From assembly GCA_044376115.1 (NCBI GenBank), contig JBILLK010000053.1:1-20734 (forward strand): a stretch of DNA of 20,734 nucleotides, written 5' to 3'. Made by a program: the position numbers and the translations under genes. Position 1 is the stretch's first letter; each line of letters opens with the position of its first letter. Below are positions 17,235 through 20,734 of the stretch, piece by piece. Under the pieces are notes generated by a model that did not search any database, had not been told where the DNA came from, and was given only the letters and a program-made list of their open reading frames with translations. This DNA is from Polyangiaceae bacterium (GTDB taxonomy: Bacteria; Myxococcota_A; Polyangia; Polyangiales; Polyangiaceae).

Positions 17235-18839
17235 ATGCGCTCGAGCCCCTGGATCACCGTCCTTGCCTTTGGCCTTCAATACGGTTGCAGCTACCCGCTC
17301 TGTGACTACGCCCCGTGCGCTGACGCCGGAGGCGCAGCCGGAGCCGGAGGCACCGCAGGCGCAGGAGCCCAAGGCGGAGAGGGCGGCCAGGGCGGAAACG
17401 CTGGCGGCGGCGGCATCGGTGGAGAAGGCGGCCAGGGCGGCGGACCGCCGCCAACCTGCACCCCCACCGAAGGCGAGCCGATCGGGCCGGATTGCGGTGT
17501 CTTCGTCGACCCCGGCGCCGCAGGCGACGGCACACAGGGCTCGCCGACCGGCAACCTGCAACAGGCGCTCGACCAAGCCGCCGCGAATCCCAGCGCTTCG
17601 CGCGCCGTCTATATCTGCGGAGATGCGCCGCTCACTGGCAGCCTCACTATCCCCAGCGGACTAACCGTCTATGGCGGACTCAGCTGCAGCAATTGGACGT
17701 ATGCCGCAGCCAACCCCAAGGCCCAACTCACCGGTAGCGCGAACGCAATCACGCTCACCGTACTTACCGGCAGCGTCCTCCTGCAAGACCTCGCCGTGGC
17801 CGCCCCTAACGCCACCGACCCTGGCGCGAGCAGCATTGCGTTACTCGCCAATGACGCCGTCGCGCTCGAGCTGGTACGAACAACGGTTACCGCTGGCAAT
17901 GGCGCAGCGGGAGCAAACGCTGCAGCCCCTGGAATGGCTGCGCCCGCCGGCACTGGCGGTACGATGGGTGAACTTGGTTGCGATGCAGGAGCTGTGAGCG
18001 TGGGCGGAACAGGCGGGCCCGCGCCCGTGTGTGATGCTGGTACGCCAGCAAGCGCTGGGGGCATTGGCGGCAATGGGACGAATACCAGCGAGGGTGGAAA
18101 CGGAAACCCCGGCGCGATGAGCGGTGGTACCAGCGGTGCGGGCCAAACGGCGCTGGCATGTACGAACGGCGGGCAAGGCAGCCCCGGCGCCAACGGCACA
18201 GCCGCCCCCGCCCCAACCACTCTTGGCACGCTGACCCTCGCCGGCTACATCCCCGCGACCCCGGCGCCCGGCAGCGCAGGCGGTGGCGGCAAAGGTGGCG
18301 GCGGTGGTGGCGGTGGATACAACTGCGTCCTCAACGTGACCGCTGGTCCAGGCGGCGGTGGCGGTGGTTCGGGCGGCTGCGGTGGCGCGGGCGGAGACTC
18401 GGGCGGGGCCGGTGGAGCCAGCTATGCGCTGGTGCTCTTAAGCAACGCCACGGTCACGCTCACCGATAGCCAATTGGGCAGCGGCAGCGGCGGACAAGGC
18501 GGACAGGGCGCCGCGGGACAGGCCGGAGGAGGAGGCAGCTCGGGCGGAATTCAAGGGTTGCCCAATGGCGGAGCAAATACGCTCATCTCGGCGGCTTGCT
18601 CGGGAGGCAGCGGCGGCAAAGGCGGAGACGGCGGACCTGGAGCCGGTGGCCTCGGCGGACCTTCTGCAGCGATTGCGTCGCTCGCCGCTGGCGCGGTCAT
18701 CGGCGAAAACTCCAGCCTCACCGCCGGCAGCCCTGGCAGCGGCGGCACTGGAGCCGCAGGCGCGCCCACCGGCAACAGCGGCCCCTCGTGTGAAGGCACC
18801 CTCGTGCTCACCGCAGGTGCGTCTAACTGCGAATCCTGA
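17235..18839 (+). CDS. Gly-rich PGRS-like lipoprotein, copy 1
   Basis: AGGAG RBS, ATG 1 nt after the PEGA-gene stop, lipoprotein-like signal ending YGC, CGVFVDPGAAGDGTQGSP motif, long Gly-rich tracts with paired Cys. Confidence 0.88.
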   Translation: MRSSPWITVLAFGLQYGCSYPLCDYAPCADAGGAAGAGGTAGAGAQGGEGGQGGNAGGGGIGGEGGQGGGPPPTCTPTEGEPIGPDCGVFVDPGAAGDGTQGSPTGNLQQALDQAAANPSASRAVYICGDAPLTGSLTIPSGLTVYGGLSCSNWTYAAANPKAQLTGSANAITLTVLTGSVLLQDLAVAAPNATDPGASSIALLANDAVALELVRTTVTAGNGAAGANAAAPGMAAPAGTGGTMGELGCDAGAVSVGGTGGPAPVCDAGTPASAGGIGGNGTNTSEGGNGNPGAMSGGTSGAGQTALACTNGGQGSPGANGTAAPAPTTLGTLTLAGYIPATPAPGSAGGGGKGGGGGGGGYNCVLNVTAGPGGGGGGSGGCGGAGGDSGGAGGASYALVLLSNATVTLTDSQLGSGSGGQGGQGAAGQAGGGGSSGGIQGLPNGGANTLISAACSGGSGGKGGDGGPGAGGLGGPSAAIASLAAGAVIGENSSLTAGSPGSGGTGAAGAPTGNSGPSCEGTLVLTAGASNCES

Positions 18840-18929
18840 GCTTGGACGTTTTTTCTCCCTACCTCGAAATCCCTGAGCACCCGGAGCCCGACCCCGTGAT
18901 TGCAACAACGATGAAGAGAAACGAGTTGG
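18827..18929 (+). repeat. 103-bp direct repeat, copy 1 (gene end + 71-bp spacer + next start)
   Basis: Identical to 20632-20734; period 1805 bp. Confidence 0.95.
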
Positions 18930-20644
18930 CTCTTGGCCCGCTCAACGGTCTCTGGAAGTCGGAGTCCCCCCGCGAGCGCAGCGCGCGAGTTTGGGGGGAC
19001 CGGGCGAGCTCCGCGAGACCGAGGGGGGCAGCCAAGTCTGCTCTGGCTCTGGTCATTCTTGGAGCGGTGGAATTGGCGGGCTGCGGCGATGACTCGAGCT
19101 GTCCCGAAGGCTTCACCTGCATATCGAACAGCGGAGCCGGAGGCACCGCCGGAGCCGGAGCCCAAGGCGGCGAGGGCGGGATTGGCGGAAACGCCGGCGG
19201 GGCCGGCAATGGTGGAAACGGCGGGCAAGGCGGCGCCCCGCCGCCAACCTGCACGCCAACCGAAGGCGAGCCGATTGGCCCGAACTGCGGCGTCTTCGTC
19301 GACCCCGGCGCCGCAGGCGACGGCACACAGGGCTCGCCGACCGGCAATCTGCAACAGGCTTTGGACCAAGCCGCCGCGAATCCCAGCGCTTCGCGCGCCG
19401 TCTATATCTGCGGAGATGCGCCGCTCACTGGCAGCCTCACCATCCCGAGCGGACTAACCGTCTTTGGCGGACTCAGCTGCAGCAATTGGACGTACGCCGC
19501 TGCTAACCCGAAGGCGCAGCTCACAGGGCAGGCTAATGCAATAACGGTCACCGTGTTAACGGGCAGCGTGTTGATGCAAGACGTTGCAGTCTCTGCGCCG
19601 AACGCCACCGACCCTGGAGCGAGCAGCATTGGGTTACTCGCCAATGACGGGGCTGCGCTCGAGCTCGTACGAACAACGGTTACGGCTGGCAATGGCGCAG
19701 CGGGTGCAAACGCCACGACCGAAGCGAACGCCGCACCCTCGGGCACCGGCGGGACGATGGGCGAACTTGGTTGCGACGCTGGTGCGGCGAGTTTGGGCGG
19801 AACAGGCGGTCCCGCGCCCGTGTGTGACGCTGGTACGCCGGCAAGCGCTGGGGGCATCGGCGGCAATGGGACGAATACCAGCGAGGGTGGAAACGGAAGC
19901 CCCGGCGCAATGGGCGGTGGCACGGCCGGCCAAGGCCAGACGGGGGTTATCTCGTGCGCGAACGGCGGGACTGGTTCCAACGGCACCCCCGGCGCCAACG
20001 GCACAGCAGCCCCAGCCCCAACCACTCTCGGTACTCTCACCCTCGCCGGCTACATCCCCGCGACCCCGGCGCCCGGCAGCGCAGGCGCTGGCGGCAAAGG
20101 CGGCGGCGGTGGTGGCGGTGGATTCAACTGCGTCCTCAACGTGACCGCCGGCCCAGGCGGCGGCGGCGGTGGTTCTGGCGGCTGCGGCGGCGCGGGCGGA
20201 GACTCGGGCGGGGCCGGTGGAGCCAGCTATGCGCTGGTGCTCTTAAGCAACGCCACGGTCACGCTCACGGATAGCCAACTAGGCAGCGGCAGCGGCGGAC
20301 AAGGCGGAGCCGGAGCCCCGGGACAGGCTGGAGGAGGAGGTTCGCTAGGCGGCCAGGATGGCGCCTCGAACGGTGGCGCCAACCCGCTACTTTCGACGGC
20401 CTGCAACGGCGGCAGCGGCGGCAAAGGCGGAGACGGCGGACCTGGAGCCGGTGGCCTCGGCGGACCTTCTGCAGCGATTGCGTCGCTCGCAGCTGGCGCG
20501 GTCATCGGCGAAAACTCCAGCCTCACCGCCGGCAGCCCTGGCAGCGGCGGACCGGGAGCCGCAGGCGCGCCCAACGGCGGTAGCGGGCCCGCTTGCGAGG
20601 GCACCCTCGTGCTCAACGCTGGCGCGTCCACCTGCGAATCCTGA
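18911..20644 (+). CDS. Gly-rich PGRS-like lipoprotein, copy 2 (tandem paralogue)
   Basis: Lipobox LAGC; the body is highly similar to copy 1. The start is uncertain (ATG 18911 chosen). Confidence 0.88.
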   Translation: MKRNELALGPLNGLWKSESPRERSARVWGDRASSARPRGAAKSALALVILGAVELAGCGDDSSCPEGFTCISNSGAGGTAGAGAQGGEGGIGGNAGGAGNGGNGGQGGAPPPTCTPTEGEPIGPNCGVFVDPGAAGDGTQGSPTGNLQQALDQAAANPSASRAVYICGDAPLTGSLTIPSGLTVFGGLSCSNWTYAAANPKAQLTGQANAITVTVLTGSVLMQDVAVSAPNATDPGASSIGLLANDGAALELVRTTVTAGNGAAGANATTEANAAPSGTGGTMGELGCDAGAASLGGTGGPAPVCDAGTPASAGGIGGNGTNTSEGGNGSPGAMGGGTAGQGQTGVISCANGGTGSNGTPGANGTAAPAPTTLGTLTLAGYIPATPAPGSAGAGGKGGGGGGGGFNCVLNVTAGPGGGGGGSGGCGGAGGDSGGAGGASYALVLLSNATVTLTDSQLGSGSGGQGGAGAPGQAGGGGSLGGQDGASNGGANPLLSTACNGGSGGKGGDGGPGAGGLGGPSAAIASLAAGAVIGENSSLTAGSPGSGGPGAAGAPNGGSGPACEGTLVLNAGASTCES

Positions 20645-20734
20645 GCTTGGACGTTTTTTCTCCCTACCTCGAAATCCCTGAGCACCCGGAGCCCGACCCC
20701 GTGATTGCAACAACGATGAAGAGAAACGAGTTGG
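20632..20734 (+). repeat. 103-bp direct repeat, copy 2 (runs off the window)
   Basis: Identical to 18827-18929. Confidence 0.95.
20716..20734 (+). CDS. Probable start of a third PGRS-like paralogue (partial)
   Basis: ATGAAGAGAAACGAGTTGG is identical to the start of copy 2. Confidence 0.6.

Noticed and set aside
18880..18910. sigma54 promoter in the PGRS spacer (TTGC before ATG)
   Set aside because: There is no GG at the -24 position (GA instead).
18840..18910. Integron attC site between PGRS genes
   Set aside because: No RYYYAAC...GTTRRRY ends, no long imperfect hairpin, and no integrase in the window.
12221..20713. Many antisense and alternate-frame ORFs over the kinase-PGRS operon
   Set aside because: They are shadows of well-supported plus-strand genes in high-GC DNA.

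Overview
High-GC window with gene content typical of Myxococcota, most like Polyangiaceae (inferred from gene families, not from a search). The left part (1-~9200) is an accessory mosaic: the right end of an IS3-family element that appears to interrupt a sigma54-dependent gene, an FHA-domain sigma54 activator, a DUF262/DUF1524 (GmrSD/SspE-like) nuclease, a frameshifted phage/eCIS tail-tube pseudogene, a secreted 16-aa-repeat protein, a lower-GC lipoprotein with a degenerate metzincin-like domain and a Cys-His amidase-like domain, and an IS91-like remnant. The middle has a two-gene minus-strand unit (302-aa helical protein + HerA/DUF87-like ATPase). Its 685-bp upstream region holds two adjacent repeat arrays: five 12-bp palindromes at an exact 42-bp period with inverted outer ends, and about nine 20-22-bp direct repeats. 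The right part is a tightly coupled operon: Ser/Thr kinase, kinase-FHA-TM, membrane protein, TPR-PEGA protein, then a tandem array of Gly-rich PGRS-like lipoproteins (two complete, a third starting at the window edge) joined by identical spacers.
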